Positions 10,744 to 19,337 of a stretch of DNA of 64,000 nucleotides are shown here, in pieces. Positions within the stretch are counted from its first letter, which is position 1; the number at the start of each line of letters is the position of its first letter. The DNA is from Microgenomates group bacterium RBG_16_45_19. Lineage in GTDB: Bacteria > Patescibacteriota > Microgenomatia > UBA1400 > RBG-16-45-19. The position numbers and the translations under genes were made by a program. Under the pieces are notes generated by a model. That model made no database searches. It saw only the letters and a list, made by a program, of their open reading frames with translations, and was not told where the DNA came from. The stretch is taken from positions 4,642 to 68,641 of the forward strand of contig MHDC01000011.1 in the NCBI GenBank assembly GCA_001803415.1. Reading direction: 5' to 3'.

Positions 10744-11499
10744 ATGCTAAACTGCCTTATGGCCGAAAGCGGAGCGTTGAAGTGTGCCCGGTATGCGTTT
10801 GCGCCAAATTTGTATCATTATTGCGGGCCGGATACCGGGGGTGAGTTTGGGGAATATGTAGCGGCGGAAATGGCAGATGGGGGGTTAGTGGAACATTTGA
10901 CCAAATTTGAAACCTTGTTCCCCTATTTGCAAGTGATTGCCCAAGCCAATGGCCGAGTCGATCCCTTTGACAAACAGGTAGTGGAAGCATATTGGGTGGG
11001 CAACCGGTTGTTGGAGCAAGTGGATGAAAAAGCAACGTTTGCGGCTCTGACAACCTATCAGCATTTACCCCAGCGATTAGCCAAAAAAGAGTTAAAGTGG
11101 TTAATGCCAAAAATCGATAAACAAGCACGGCTGCATCACTCATTTCATGTCTTGAATGTATTTACCCGGACGGGACACCGGACGATTAGACACACGGTGG
11201 AGACGATGGATGAGTGTAGGATTTCCTGGGGGGAAATCCTAAGCTCAGATGTCAAAGCTCAAAACTCAAAACTAAAACTTAAAACTCAAAAACTTATCTA
11301 TTCTGGTGGTAAGCTCAAGCTAGTGCCAGGAGAGAAAGAGGTTTTAGTAGCCCAAGAATCACTGGTTAAGAGACTTAATCCGGGAGATTGGGTAAGTGTG
11401 CATTGGGGGATAGTGTGCGATAAACTAAGTCAACCAGTGGTGGAGCGATTAAAATTTTACACTGAGTATCACCTCAAATTGGCGAATGAGACAATTTAG
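10744..11499 (+). CDS. hypothetical protein
   Basis: 251 aa with no confident family. Contains an in-frame 7-bp tandem repeat (AAAACTC-like, about 6 copies) at 11254-11296. Confidence 0.4.
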   Translation: MLNCLMAESGALKCARYAFAPNLYHYCGPDTGGEFGEYVAAEMADGGLVEHLTKFETLFPYLQVIAQANGRVDPFDKQVVEAYWVGNRLLEQVDEKATFAALTTYQHLPQRLAKKELKWLMPKIDKQARLHHSFHVLNVFTRTGHRTIRHTVETMDECRISWGEILSSDVKAQNSKLKLKTQKLIYSGGKLKLVPGEKEVLVAQESLVKRLNPGDWVSVHWGIVCDKLSQPVVERLKFYTEYHLKLANETI

Positions 11500-11876
11500 G
11501 TAAAGAAGGGTTTGGCTTTGGAGACTTTGAGCATTTTCTTATCAAAAGTTGCAAGAGAGGCTGACTGGGATTTTGTTTGGGCAATAACAAGACAATCGGC
11601 CATTTCTAAGGAAGTAGTTCGATAGATCTGAATTGCTTGACCAACATAAGAGTTTAAGCGAATATTCGATCTTTCGATAAGAAACTGAAAGACTTTGTGA
11701 ATTTCTTTGCGAGTACGGTGGTATTTCTTGTCTAAGATATATTCAGTTTCCGATAAGACAACATCAGGAATGCAGAGAAGTTCTTTGGATTCGACCAAAT
11801 ACTTGACTAAAGCCGCTTGGTGTCGGTTTTTCTGGGAAAAAAGGAGAATGAGAGTGTTGGTATCAAGAACGACCAC
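11496..11876 (-). CDS. PIN-domain toxin (VapC-like)
   Basis: VVVLDTNTLILLF...LLCIPDVVLSE... PIN acidic residues. Start estimated at a GTG near 11876, overlapping the upstream antitoxin's stop. Confidence 0.55.
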   Translation of the reverse strand: MVVLDTNTLILLFSQKNRHQAALVKYLVESKELLCIPDVVLSETEYILDKKYHRTRKEIHKVFQFLIERSNIRLNSYVGQAIQIYRTTSLEMADCLVIAQTKSQSASLATFDKKMLKVSKAKPFFT

Positions 11877-12168
11877 TGCGCTTCTCCTTGGTTTCGAATT
11901 TTTCGAGCACAGCTTGATGAATGATCTGCTTTTGCTCTCTTCTAGAAATGGGTGGGGCTTTGAGGAAACCAAACATCTCCTCAACAGTGATGGTTGGTTC
12001 AATAATAACCTGTTTGGCTTTCAGCTTAATTTTAACGGTTTGCCGCGGTTTTACACCTAGAGCATCACGGTAAGCCTTGGGAATTAAGATTTGGCCTTTA
12101 CTGGTCATGGTAGTAGTGATTGTTTCCATAGTAACACTATGGTACATTGGTGTTACTTTATCTGTCAA
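11863..12168 (-). CDS. AbrB/MazE/SpoVT-family antitoxin (VapB-like)
   Basis: SKGQILIPKAYRDALGVKPRQTVKIKLKAKQVIIEP, a swapped-hairpin antitoxin motif. True start is probably an internal M. Confidence 0.55.
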   Translation of the reverse strand: MTDKVTPMYHSVTMETITTTMTSKGQILIPKAYRDALGVKPRQTVKIKLKAKQVIIEPTITVEEMFGFLKAPPISRREQKQIIHQAVLEKFETKEKRSGRS

Positions 12169-12201
12169 GTGTTACATAAAATTAGTAATGAACAGGAAAT
12201 A

Positions 12202-12600
12202 ATGAAAAAACAAATTATCACTGTTTTTGGGAATGAGACGGAAGCGAAGGATAATTTGGCAGTGAGGCTGGTACCGGACCTCCAGAGGAGGTTTCCTAAA
12301 ATTGAGTTTAGAATTAACGATCCGACGGAAAGTTTGGAGCCGCCGAGCGATCTATGGATAATCTTGGATGTGGGTCAAGGGATTAAAGAGGTGACGGTGG
12401 TCACTGAATTGAAACAATTGGATTACGTTAAAGGCTCATCAGTTCATGATTTTGATGTGTATCTGGAGTTGAAACTAAAGGAAAAGTTGGGGAAGTTGAG
12501 GAAAATCTGCTTGATTTTATTGCCACATGATATGGAAGCACAAACAGCCTACAAACAGGTGGTAAAGTTGTTAGCTACCACTACTTCAACTCGAAGGTGA
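12202..12600 (+). CDS. putative hydrogenase maturation endopeptidase (HycI/HybD-like)
   Basis: Start at the ATG at 12202 with AGGAA RBS. ITVFGNE...D (N-terminal GN + acidic), IILDVGQG (DAxD-like) and SSVHDFDV (SxH) match the three metal-ligand regions of hydrogenase maturation proteases. About 130 aa. Confidence 0.45.
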   Translation: MKKQIITVFGNETEAKDNLAVRLVPDLQRRFPKIEFRINDPTESLEPPSDLWIILDVGQGIKEVTVVTELKQLDYVKGSSVHDFDVYLELKLKEKLGKLRKICLILLPHDMEAQTAYKQVVKLLATTTSTRR

Positions 12601-12659
12601 CAGGAAGAAAGTTTTTTGGCATATTGACATATTGTCATACGATTGTATGATGTGAGTAT

Positions 12660-12893
12660 ATGAAGATGGTGAGGACGACTTTGCGAATCGAAGAAGGCTT
12701 GAAAAAACAAGTGGAGTTGAGAGCGGTTAAGGAAAGCACGACTTTCCAGGCGATAGTTAATCAAGCTTTACGAGATAACTTAACTAATGCGGCTCACAAA
12801 AGAGCGAAGTTGTTGGTGCTGCCTAAGTTCAATTTGGGAGTGCCTTTGGATAATCTGACCCGGGATGAGATTTACGGCGAACCAAAGTGGTAG
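12660..12893 (+). CDS. ribbon-helix-helix antitoxin (VapB/CopG-like)
   Basis: MKMVRTTLRIEEGLKKQVELRAVKESTTFQAIVNQALRDNL; RHH fold. Immediately upstream of a PIN gene. Confidence 0.5.
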   Translation: MKMVRTTLRIEEGLKKQVELRAVKESTTFQAIVNQALRDNLTNAAHKRAKLLVLPKFNLGVPLDNLTRDEIYGEPKW

Positions 12894-12897
12894 GGGT

Positions 12898-13323
12898 ATG
12901 CTGATTGATTCAAACGTGTTTATCTACGCCTTAAACTCGGCATCACCAAAGCATCAAGCGGCTAGATTATTCTTAAGAGCACGAGCGGGTGAAGCGGTAG
13001 TGGCACATCAGAATATTTTGGAAGTGACCAGAGTGATGTCTCATCCAGCTTTTCCGGCTAAATTAGCTTTAAAAATAGTGATTAAGGCTGTCGAACAAGT
13101 AGTCAAACCAATGAGAATAATTTATCCAAATGAAGAAACTTATTTTGTTTATCAAGAACTAATAAGAAAATATGCACTGGAGGGGAATCGGGTCTTTGAC
13201 GTGTATTTAGCAGCTACAGCCATAACCAATGGAATCCGAAAAATCGCTACGGATGATGAAAAGCATTTTCGCGTGCTTGAAGAAATCAAGGTAGTGAACC
13301 CATTTACTTCAGCTCGAAGGTGA
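12898..13323 (+). CDS. PIN-domain toxin (VapC)
   Basis: MLIDSNVFIYAL...VFDVYLAATAITNG...IATDDEKHF. Start at the internal ATG at 12898, 5 nt after the antitoxin stop. Confidence 0.6.
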   Translation: MLIDSNVFIYALNSASPKHQAARLFLRARAGEAVVAHQNILEVTRVMSHPAFPAKLALKIVIKAVEQVVKPMRIIYPNEETYFVYQELIRKYALEGNRVFDVYLAATAITNGIRKIATDDEKHFRVLEEIKVVNPFTSARR

Positions 13324-14044
13324 CGGTGAGGGATTTGTAAACCGTGCTGGTGCCGGGTTCGACCGGGGCACCGCCACCACCGCCCATGTCCCGACCGGCG
13401 GCATACATGAGCACCGGGCTTTGGGCACCAGTTTCGGTCACGTTTAAGACCTCACCCACCTTCTTGTCGGAAGCTTGGGCAATCGCCTCGGCCTTTTCTC
13501 GAGCATTTTTAATGGCTTGGTCAACCAAGTCGAGCTCAGTTTGGGCGGTATCATCAACGGTAAAGTTGGGGCCGTAGACGTTGGTGGCGCCGGAAGCGGA
13601 GAGAAGATCGGTTAACTCAGAAGTTTTCTCGATTTGTCTAAGTTTGATGGAAACGTCATTGCTCACCCGCCACTGGCCGGGTTGAGTACGCTCACGGCCA
13701 CCGACGGTGACTGGTTCTTCCTGCTGATAGATAGAGAGGTTTTGAGTTTTGATGTCGGCTTCGGGGATACCAAAGTCTTTGACCGATTGGATAAGACTCT
13801 CCACTTTTTGATTGACATCGTCAACGGCTTTTTGCTTGTCGTCGTTAACGGCGGTGACGCCAGCGGTAAAGGTGGCAATTTGAGATTGTTGTTCGGTCTT
13901 AGCTTCACCGATAACGGTGACGGTGTCAGCCGGAACCAGGGCGAATTTCCCCCAAGTAATTTGATCCCAAGGGATAAAGAAAGCCCCGGCAAAGATGACT
14001 AAAGCAAAGACTATTAAAGCCCCAGTTAAACGATCAGATTTCAT
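13304..14044 (-). CDS. SIMPL-domain (DUF541) periplasmic protein
   Basis: N-terminal TM anchor then SIMPL-like repeats. Start at the ATG at 14044, preceded by AAGGAGG. Confidence 0.6.
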   Translation of the reverse strand: MKSDRLTGALIVFALVIFAGAFFIPWDQITWGKFALVPADTVTVIGEAKTEQQSQIATFTAGVTAVNDDKQKAVDDVNQKVESLIQSVKDFGIPEADIKTQNLSIYQQEEPVTVGGRERTQPGQWRVSNDVSIKLRQIEKTSELTDLLSASGATNVYGPNFTVDDTAQTELDLVDQAIKNAREKAEAIAQASDKKVGEVLNVTETGAQSPVLMYAAGRDMGGGGGAPVEPGTSTVYKSLTVTFELK

Positions 14045-14126
14045 AGCTAACCTCCTTGTCTTCTTAATATACACTATTGAACCGGAGCTGGTAAATTAGT
14101 ACCACTAATAGTACTATGAGGGGTAT

Positions 14127-14405
14127 ATGGCAAAATTAAATGACACGCTTTTGGCAAATGAGGCACGAGCGAATTTCTACCAAATATTAGATGAAGTGAA
14201 CACCCATCTGAGGCAGTTTACCGTAACCCTTCGGGGCAAGGCTAGGGCGGTAATTATGAGCGCGGAGGAATATGAGGGGTGGCTGGAGACCTTGGAATTG
14301 ATGGCGGATCGAAAAGCAAGCATGGGAATTGAACAGGCGGTGCGTGATTTGGATGAAGGTAAGGGAATACCCTGGAAAAAAGCGAAGAAACAGCTGGGGT
14401 GGTAG
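14127..14405 (+). CDS. Phd/YefM-family antitoxin
   Basis: ANEARANFYQILDEV...AVIMSAEEYEGWLETLEL. Confidence 0.65.
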   Translation: MAKLNDTLLANEARANFYQILDEVNTHLRQFTVTLRGKARAVIMSAEEYEGWLETLELMADRKASMGIEQAVRDLDEGKGIPWKKAKKQLGW

Positions 14406-14414
14406 ACTGAATTT

Positions 14415-14663
14415 ATGGATTTAGACTTGTCGCCGAGAGCGTTAAAGCAACTGGCTAAAATCGGCAAGAAAGATCAAGACCGGTTCGAGAGAAAATTTAG
14501 CCAACTGGGTAATAATCCCTATGCCGGAAAACCACTACGAGGCAAGTTTGCCGGACAGATGAGTCTTAAGGCATGGCCATTAAGAATTATTTATCGAATT
14601 AACACGAAAAAAGTGATCGAGATTTTAGATGTGGATTACCGGGGTGGGGTGTATAAGGACTAA
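14415..14663 (+). CDS. RelE/ParE-family toxin
   Basis: 82 aa, ...AWPLRIIYRINTKKVIEILDVDYRGGVY. Directly follows the Phd/YefM gene. Confidence 0.65.
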   Translation: MDLDLSPRALKQLAKIGKKDQDRFERKFSQLGNNPYAGKPLRGKFAGQMSLKAWPLRIIYRINTKKVIEILDVDYRGGVYKD

Positions 14664-15964
14664 TGGCGGTGGAGTTTGAACTTGAGAAAGTGCGACGCAC
14701 AACTCATGCAGGGGTCGTAGGCGCGAATCAACTTCTCGCATTCGTGTGCCAGGGCGAGTTGATCCAGATCAAGGTGATTTTGAATCAGAGTCTTTAGGTC
14801 GTTTTCGATGTTGATTTGGTTTTGGCCGGTGGGAACGATGATTTCATAGCGGTCGATTTTACTGTCGACCACGTGAGCGGCGTGATAGAGGATACCACGG
14901 GGAGCTTCGATCAAACCGATACCGTCGCCGGTGGGGCGGGCGGACTTAACCGGGGCTTCCTGGACAAACTGAGTTTTTGCTAACAAAGTCAGGGTATAAT
15001 CAATGGCGTCAACTATTTCAATGGCTTGAGCCAAATTGTTGTGATAAACATTGACCGAAGGGAAGAATTTAAGCGCAGCGGCACAGTCCTTAAGAGTACG
15101 AGGTTGAAGTAAGTCTTGGTTAAGGTTGAGGCGGGCTAAGGAGCTAACCATAAAGTCGAAACCTTCGAATTGATAACCGGAAGCGTGAGAATGAGGAATG
15201 ACCACGTGCTGTAGATGCTCTCGGTATTGAGTGTCGGGCAAGAGACGATCGTCATGGGTCTTGAGGGTGCGAGACAATAGGTAATCGTAGTGATCGGCGC
15301 CGCGTAAAGCCAAAAAGCGATGATTACGCTCAAAAGTGAAGTTGACTTGAGCAAAGAGATCAACTAATTGAACCGCCAGCGGGCGGGCAGCTTGGAGTTC
15401 TTGAATGAGATTGGGGATAGACGAGGAATTAACCGGCCGGTTAAAGCCCCCGACCACAAGATCGGGAGCGTGAACGGAGCGACCACCGGCAAAAATGGAG
15501 AGGTGGTTGCCGGCGGCTTTCAGTTTAAACAGGTTTTCGAGCAAAGACCGCTGTTGGGGATTGGTTTCGTCAAAATCAAGAATGGAGTCCAGGTTATAGA
15601 CATCGGGGAGGACAAAGACAACCAGATGCAGGGCATGATCGCGAATATACATGCCGGCGTTGACTAGTTCCCGGCGGACTTGAGTGAGAGGAGTGACGGC
15701 GATGCCCAGGGCGGCTTCAACGGCTTTGAGGGAAGCCAGAATATGAGCATTACTGCAAGTACCGCAGATACGAGCGAGTAAGCTGGGGGCGGCAGCGGCC
15801 GGTTTAGCCTCGACGGCTTTAGTGTAGAAGCGTTTGAAATCGGTGATGGTAAAGCGACACTGAGTCACCGTTTTGCCTTGGACGGTCACGTCCAAAGAAG
15901 CATGACCCTCGATTTTGGTAATTTGGTTAAGGCTGAAAGAAAAGTTATCTTGATGCATAAACAA
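14660..15964 (-). CDS. [NiFe]-hydrogenase large subunit (group 3-like)
   Basis: N-terminal RICGTCSNAH (RxCGxCxxxH) and C-terminal DPCMSCASH (DPCxxCxxH) nickel-site motifs, followed by a short cleavable tail (FLKFKLHRH). The track start is a TTG; an ATG lies two codons in. Confidence 0.85.
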   Translation of the reverse strand: MFMHQDNFSFSLNQITKIEGHASLDVTVQGKTVTQCRFTITDFKRFYTKAVEAKPAAAAPSLLARICGTCSNAHILASLKAVEAALGIAVTPLTQVRRELVNAGMYIRDHALHLVVFVLPDVYNLDSILDFDETNPQQRSLLENLFKLKAAGNHLSIFAGGRSVHAPDLVVGGFNRPVNSSSIPNLIQELQAARPLAVQLVDLFAQVNFTFERNHRFLALRGADHYDYLLSRTLKTHDDRLLPDTQYREHLQHVVIPHSHASGYQFEGFDFMVSSLARLNLNQDLLQPRTLKDCAAALKFFPSVNVYHNNLAQAIEIVDAIDYTLTLLAKTQFVQEAPVKSARPTGDGIGLIEAPRGILYHAAHVVDSKIDRYEIIVPTGQNQINIENDLKTLIQNHLDLDQLALAHECEKLIRAYDPCMSCASHFLKFKLHRH

Positions 15965-15967
15965 TGA

Positions 15968-16489
15968 TCAATGGTTGATGGTTGATGATTTAGAAACGAT
16001 GGGAGCGTGGCCGAAGTCGACGAGTAACTGGTTAACGGTGGCTAAAAAGGTATCGAGATTCATGGGGCAGCCGGGGACCTGGGCGTCGACAGGAATGACT
16101 TGAGTGAGCGGTTTGATCTGATCGGGATAATTAAATTTGGTCAAGATGGGTTGAATGGCAGCGATTTGCTCGGGGGTGAAAGTGTTTCTTTGAGCCGAAG
16201 GCAGACCGGTACAGGCACAGGAGCCGATGGCCACGACTTTTTGGGCACGTTGACGTAACTTTAACATGGTGACGACGTCGTGATCGGAGTTGGCGGCACC
16301 CTCGATAAAAGCAATGTCCAGCGGTGATTGAGTGTCTCTTTTTGAGGAAAAGGTGGCGGCGTCAATAAAATTGAAATGTTTTTTGAATTCGAAAAAATAA
16401 TCGTTTAAGAGTTCAGCAAACATGATGGTTGAGTCCTCGCAGCAAGCAAAGGAATACCAAGCAATAGCCAGTTTAGGGAGGTTGGGCAT
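15968..16489 (-). CDS. [NiFe]-hydrogenase small subunit (group 3 delta-like)
   Basis: IAWYSFACCEDS, AIGSCACTG and PGCPM cysteine motifs for the proximal Fe-S cluster. Start at the ATG at 16489. Confidence 0.7.
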   Translation of the reverse strand: MPNLPKLAIAWYSFACCEDSTIMFAELLNDYFFEFKKHFNFIDAATFSSKRDTQSPLDIAFIEGAANSDHDVVTMLKLRQRAQKVVAIGSCACTGLPSAQRNTFTPEQIAAIQPILTKFNYPDQIKPLTQVIPVDAQVPGCPMNLDTFLATVNQLLVDFGHAPIVSKSSTINH

Positions 16490-16545
16490 GGATAAAGGAT
16501 ACCGGGTTGCCGGAGGAGTAGCAAGAGTGGGAGATGACTTAAGTG

Positions 16546-16583
16546 AATGAGTAATGAGTAAGAAACAATGAGTAATGTATAAT
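16546..16583. repeat. heptamer tandem repeat block (AATGAGT family)
   Basis: AATGAGT AATGAGT AAGAAAC AATGAGT AATGTAT between the hydrogenase small-subunit start and the YqeY start. Confidence 0.7.
16576..16583 (+). promoter_or_regulatory. extended -10 promoter element (TGTATAAT) for the YqeY-like gene
   Basis: TGnTATAAT at 16576-16583, 23 nt upstream of the ATG at 16606, with a GGAAAGGAG RBS in between. Confidence 0.35.
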
Positions 16584-16605
16584 CGCAATAATGGAAAGGA
16601 GAGTT

Positions 16606-17040
16606 ATGCTGAGGCAACAAATACACGATGAGATGATCGCGGCGATGAAAGCCCAGGATGTAAAAAAACTGGAAACGGTGCGCTATGTCTGGAGTGAGAT
16701 TAAGCGGGTGGAGATTGATGCCAAGCATGAATTAACGGATGAAGAAGTGATTGAATTGTTGCGCCGCGAAGTGAAAAAACGCCAGGAAGCAGTGGTGCAA
16801 ATGCGGGCGGGCGGCAGACTAGACGGAGTGGAGCACGAAGAAGCCCAGTTAAAAATTATTACCAGTTATTTACCCCAATTGATGAGCCGAGAGGAGATCG
16901 AAGGAGTGGTGGATGAAGTGATCAAGGCCGGACAACTTGACTTTGGCGCCGTGATGCGGGAGGTGATGGCTAAAGTTAAAGGCAAAGCGGACGGGAAAAT
17001 GGTGAGTGAAATCGTGAGGGAAAAACTTAGTTTGACTTAG
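16606..17040 (+). CDS. GatB/YqeY-domain protein
   Basis: MLRQQIHDEMIAAMKAQDVKKLETVRYVWSEIK... is a typical YqeY protein. Start at the second ATG, which has a strong RBS. Confidence 0.7.
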   Translation: MLRQQIHDEMIAAMKAQDVKKLETVRYVWSEIKRVEIDAKHELTDEEVIELLRREVKKRQEAVVQMRAGGRLDGVEHEEAQLKIITSYLPQLMSREEIEGVVDEVIKAGQLDFGAVMREVMAKVKGKADGKMVSEIVREKLSLT

Positions 17041-17241
17041 GTTGGTAAGAAGCTTTATTCTGATTATAGACATGCAGGACTCATCTAATTTCCTGGTATC
17101 AGCCAGTCTTTGGAAGAAGTTGATCATCGCCCTGCCCATCATTATCGTTTTAGCTTGGTTAAACTTGATGGGAGTGTGAAGAGGGAAGACTATTTAGGCC
17201 AGACCCTTCGGCAAGCTCAGGATTAGGGCTATCAGTGGGAT

Positions 17242-17856
17242 TTATTTAGGCCAGACTTTTTCGCCGGTTTCGGTGTCGATAACTTCAATAGCTAAGGTGG
17301 GACAACTCTGAGCCGCAAGCAAGAGATTCTCGTCGGTTTCTTCTTTGACGGTGGCTAAAACTTCAGCAATCTGTTGGTCATTCAAGCGAAAGGCTTTGGG
17401 AGCGACAGCGACGCAAGAAGCGGCGCCGATACACTTACTGGCAATGACCCGGACCTGATATTTGCCGGCACCGCGGCCTTCGGTGTCACCGGCAGCGGCG
17501 TTAGGAACAGCAGGCGGAGTAGCATCAGCCTTAATCACCGGCGTAGGGATTTGGACCGGTGGTGGGATGACGGGGGTGGGTTCAGAGATCGAGGGTGGCG
17601 GAGAGGGGGGGGTTAGTGGAGTTGGCGGTACGATTGGTGGCGGCTCGGGCGGCTCGACCTCAGGTTCGGGGGCGGGAACCGGTGGGGTATTCAGCGGCGG
17701 GAGCGGGGCAGGGGGTGAGGGCGGGGTGATTGGCGGAGTGAGAGGCTCGGGGGGCGCGGGTGGAGTGATATTGCCCAAGGGAGGTGGGGGGAAGGAAGAT
17801 GTCAGTGGAGTTGGCGGCTCTGAGACACCAGTTAAGGGATTTTTTTGATCGTCCAT
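17242..17856 (-). CDS. single-cluster ferredoxin with a long proline-rich N-terminal extension
   Basis: The C-terminal 70 aa align with Pyrococcus-type ferredoxin (KCIGAASCVAVAP...SCPTLAIEV; CxxAxxC...CP). The N-terminal 130 aa is PxxP-rich low complexity. Confidence 0.6.
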   Translation of the reverse strand: MDDQKNPLTGVSEPPTPLTSSFPPPPLGNITPPAPPEPLTPPITPPSPPAPLPPLNTPPVPAPEPEVEPPEPPPIVPPTPLTPPSPPPSISEPTPVIPPPVQIPTPVIKADATPPAVPNAAAGDTEGRGAGKYQVRVIASKCIGAASCVAVAPKAFRLNDQQIAEVLATVKEETDENLLLAAQSCPTLAIEVIDTETGEKVWPK

Positions 17857-17940
17857 AAAAGCTCCTTTAGATGATTGCTGACGAAACTGTAATCAGGATA
17901 GCGAAAATGAAGGATAGAAGCAAGGATAAATACGACCGGG

Positions 17941-18651
17941 CTAGTAGAACTGCTCGTGATGGATGTGAGTCTCGGACACACCTTGAGAGAGAAGGTATTG
18001 ACTGACATCTTCTATCATCGGTTTGTTGCCACAGAGATAAAAGCCGGTGTTGGCCAATGACTGATAGTGTTTTTTTAAACAATCGGTGACCCGGCCGGAA
18101 CAAAGAGGCCAGTTTTCCGGTGGACGAGACAAGACCAGATCAAAAGTAAAATTAGAAAAACTCTCATGGAGAAGGAAAAAATCCTGCTCCCAAAAAATAT
18201 CTTGGGGATAACGCAAACCCCAGTGAAGCGACAGGGGGCGGAGGTCATGTTGAGTATGCAATAAATTTAAGATTATCGAACGGACCGCCGAAATGCCGGA
18301 ACCGGTGGCCACAAAGACTAATTTTGGCTCGGTGGGGTCAGGAGCTAAGACAAACCGACCGATAGGAGCCATGAAAGAGATGGTCTCACCGGGATTTAAT
18401 GACTGCAGGTAAAGCGAGCCATCACCCTGAGGAGAAACATCAACTAAAATTTCAACTTTGTAATTTTCGGCGGGGTTGGAAGCGATGGAATAGCTTTTTT
18501 TGGCGGCCATACCGGGGACATTCATCATCAGGTACTGACCGGCTTGAAAGTTTAAAGTTTGGGGTTCAATTAACTCGAAAGTGACATACTGGAATTTGTC
18601 CTTGATCAGAGTGTGGTCGGAAACTTTGGCGGTAAAGGTTTGGACAGGCAT
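17941..18651 (-). CDS. FNR-family FAD/NAD(P)-binding oxidoreductase
   Basis: KKSYSIAS (RxYS FAD motif), VATGSGISAV (NAD(P)-binding GxGxxP-like) and a C-terminal aromatic ...EQFY. Start at the internal ATG at 18651. Confidence 0.65.
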   Translation of the reverse strand: MPVQTFTAKVSDHTLIKDKFQYVTFELIEPQTLNFQAGQYLMMNVPGMAAKKSYSIASNPAENYKVEILVDVSPQGDGSLYLQSLNPGETISFMAPIGRFVLAPDPTEPKLVFVATGSGISAVRSIILNLLHTQHDLRPLSLHWGLRYPQDIFWEQDFFLLHESFSNFTFDLVLSRPPENWPLCSGRVTDCLKKHYQSLANTGFYLCGNKPMIEDVSQYLLSQGVSETHIHHEQFY

Positions 18652-18729
18652 AAGAATTACTACCTTACACGAGGAGGGCAGCAAAGACAAGTGTACTAGA
18701 AGCAGAAGTGGGAGGGTAGGGGTCTTGAT

Positions 18730-19317
18730 TCATAATTTAATCGCTTTTAGAAAATGTTTCATGAGGACTCGGGCGATAAGGCGGTGGCCGAGAGTGTTGG
18801 GGTGGAGGTAATCAGGCTCCGGTTGACTGGTAAATTCTAAAGTGTAAGTGAAGATTCTAGATAAATCCTGATGCTTAAAAACGTGCCAAAGATCCACCAG
18901 GTGGCAATTTTTTTCGAGGGTAACAGTTTTGATGGCGGTTAAATAGGGGAGATACTGCTTGGCAATGGAGTAATGGTCAATTTGGTTAGGAGTTAACAGC
19001 CAAAGATGACTAAGGTGGCGTTGGGTTAGAGAATGGATAATTTTACGGAGGTAATCAGTGAAAACATCAACCGAAGTTAGGTAATGAGCATCATTGTGGC
19101 CAAACATGACAGTTACTAGATCGGGTTGATGAGAGAGGACGTCTCGATCCAGACGATAATAGCCACCCTGGGCCGTGTCGCCGTTGACGCCGGTGGAGAT
19201 AACTTTGACCTTACCGGAGCCGTATTTTTGATTTAAAAGTATCTGCCAATAGGTGGGATATTTGGGTTCGTCCCGCTCATAGGTGATAGAGTCGCCGAGA
19301 CAGACAAGGGTAAACAT
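18730..19317 (-). CDS. SGNH/GDSL hydrolase family protein
   Basis: LGDSITYE (GDS(L) block I) and GHNDA block. Confidence 0.65.
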   Translation of the reverse strand: MFTLVCLGDSITYERDEPKYPTYWQILLNQKYGSGKVKVISTGVNGDTAQGGYYRLDRDVLSHQPDLVTVMFGHNDAHYLTSVDVFTDYLRKIIHSLTQRHLSHLWLLTPNQIDHYSIAKQYLPYLTAIKTVTLEKNCHLVDLWHVFKHQDLSRIFTYTLEFTSQPEPDYLHPNTLGHRLIARVLMKHFLKAIKL

Positions 19318-19337
19318 GATGGTTAATGGTTAATGAT

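Noticed and set aside
17462-17848. Gly-rich 128-aa plus-strand ORF
   Set aside because: It mirrors the Pro-rich coding strand of the ferredoxin gene, and GGN is the complement of NCC. It is an artifact.
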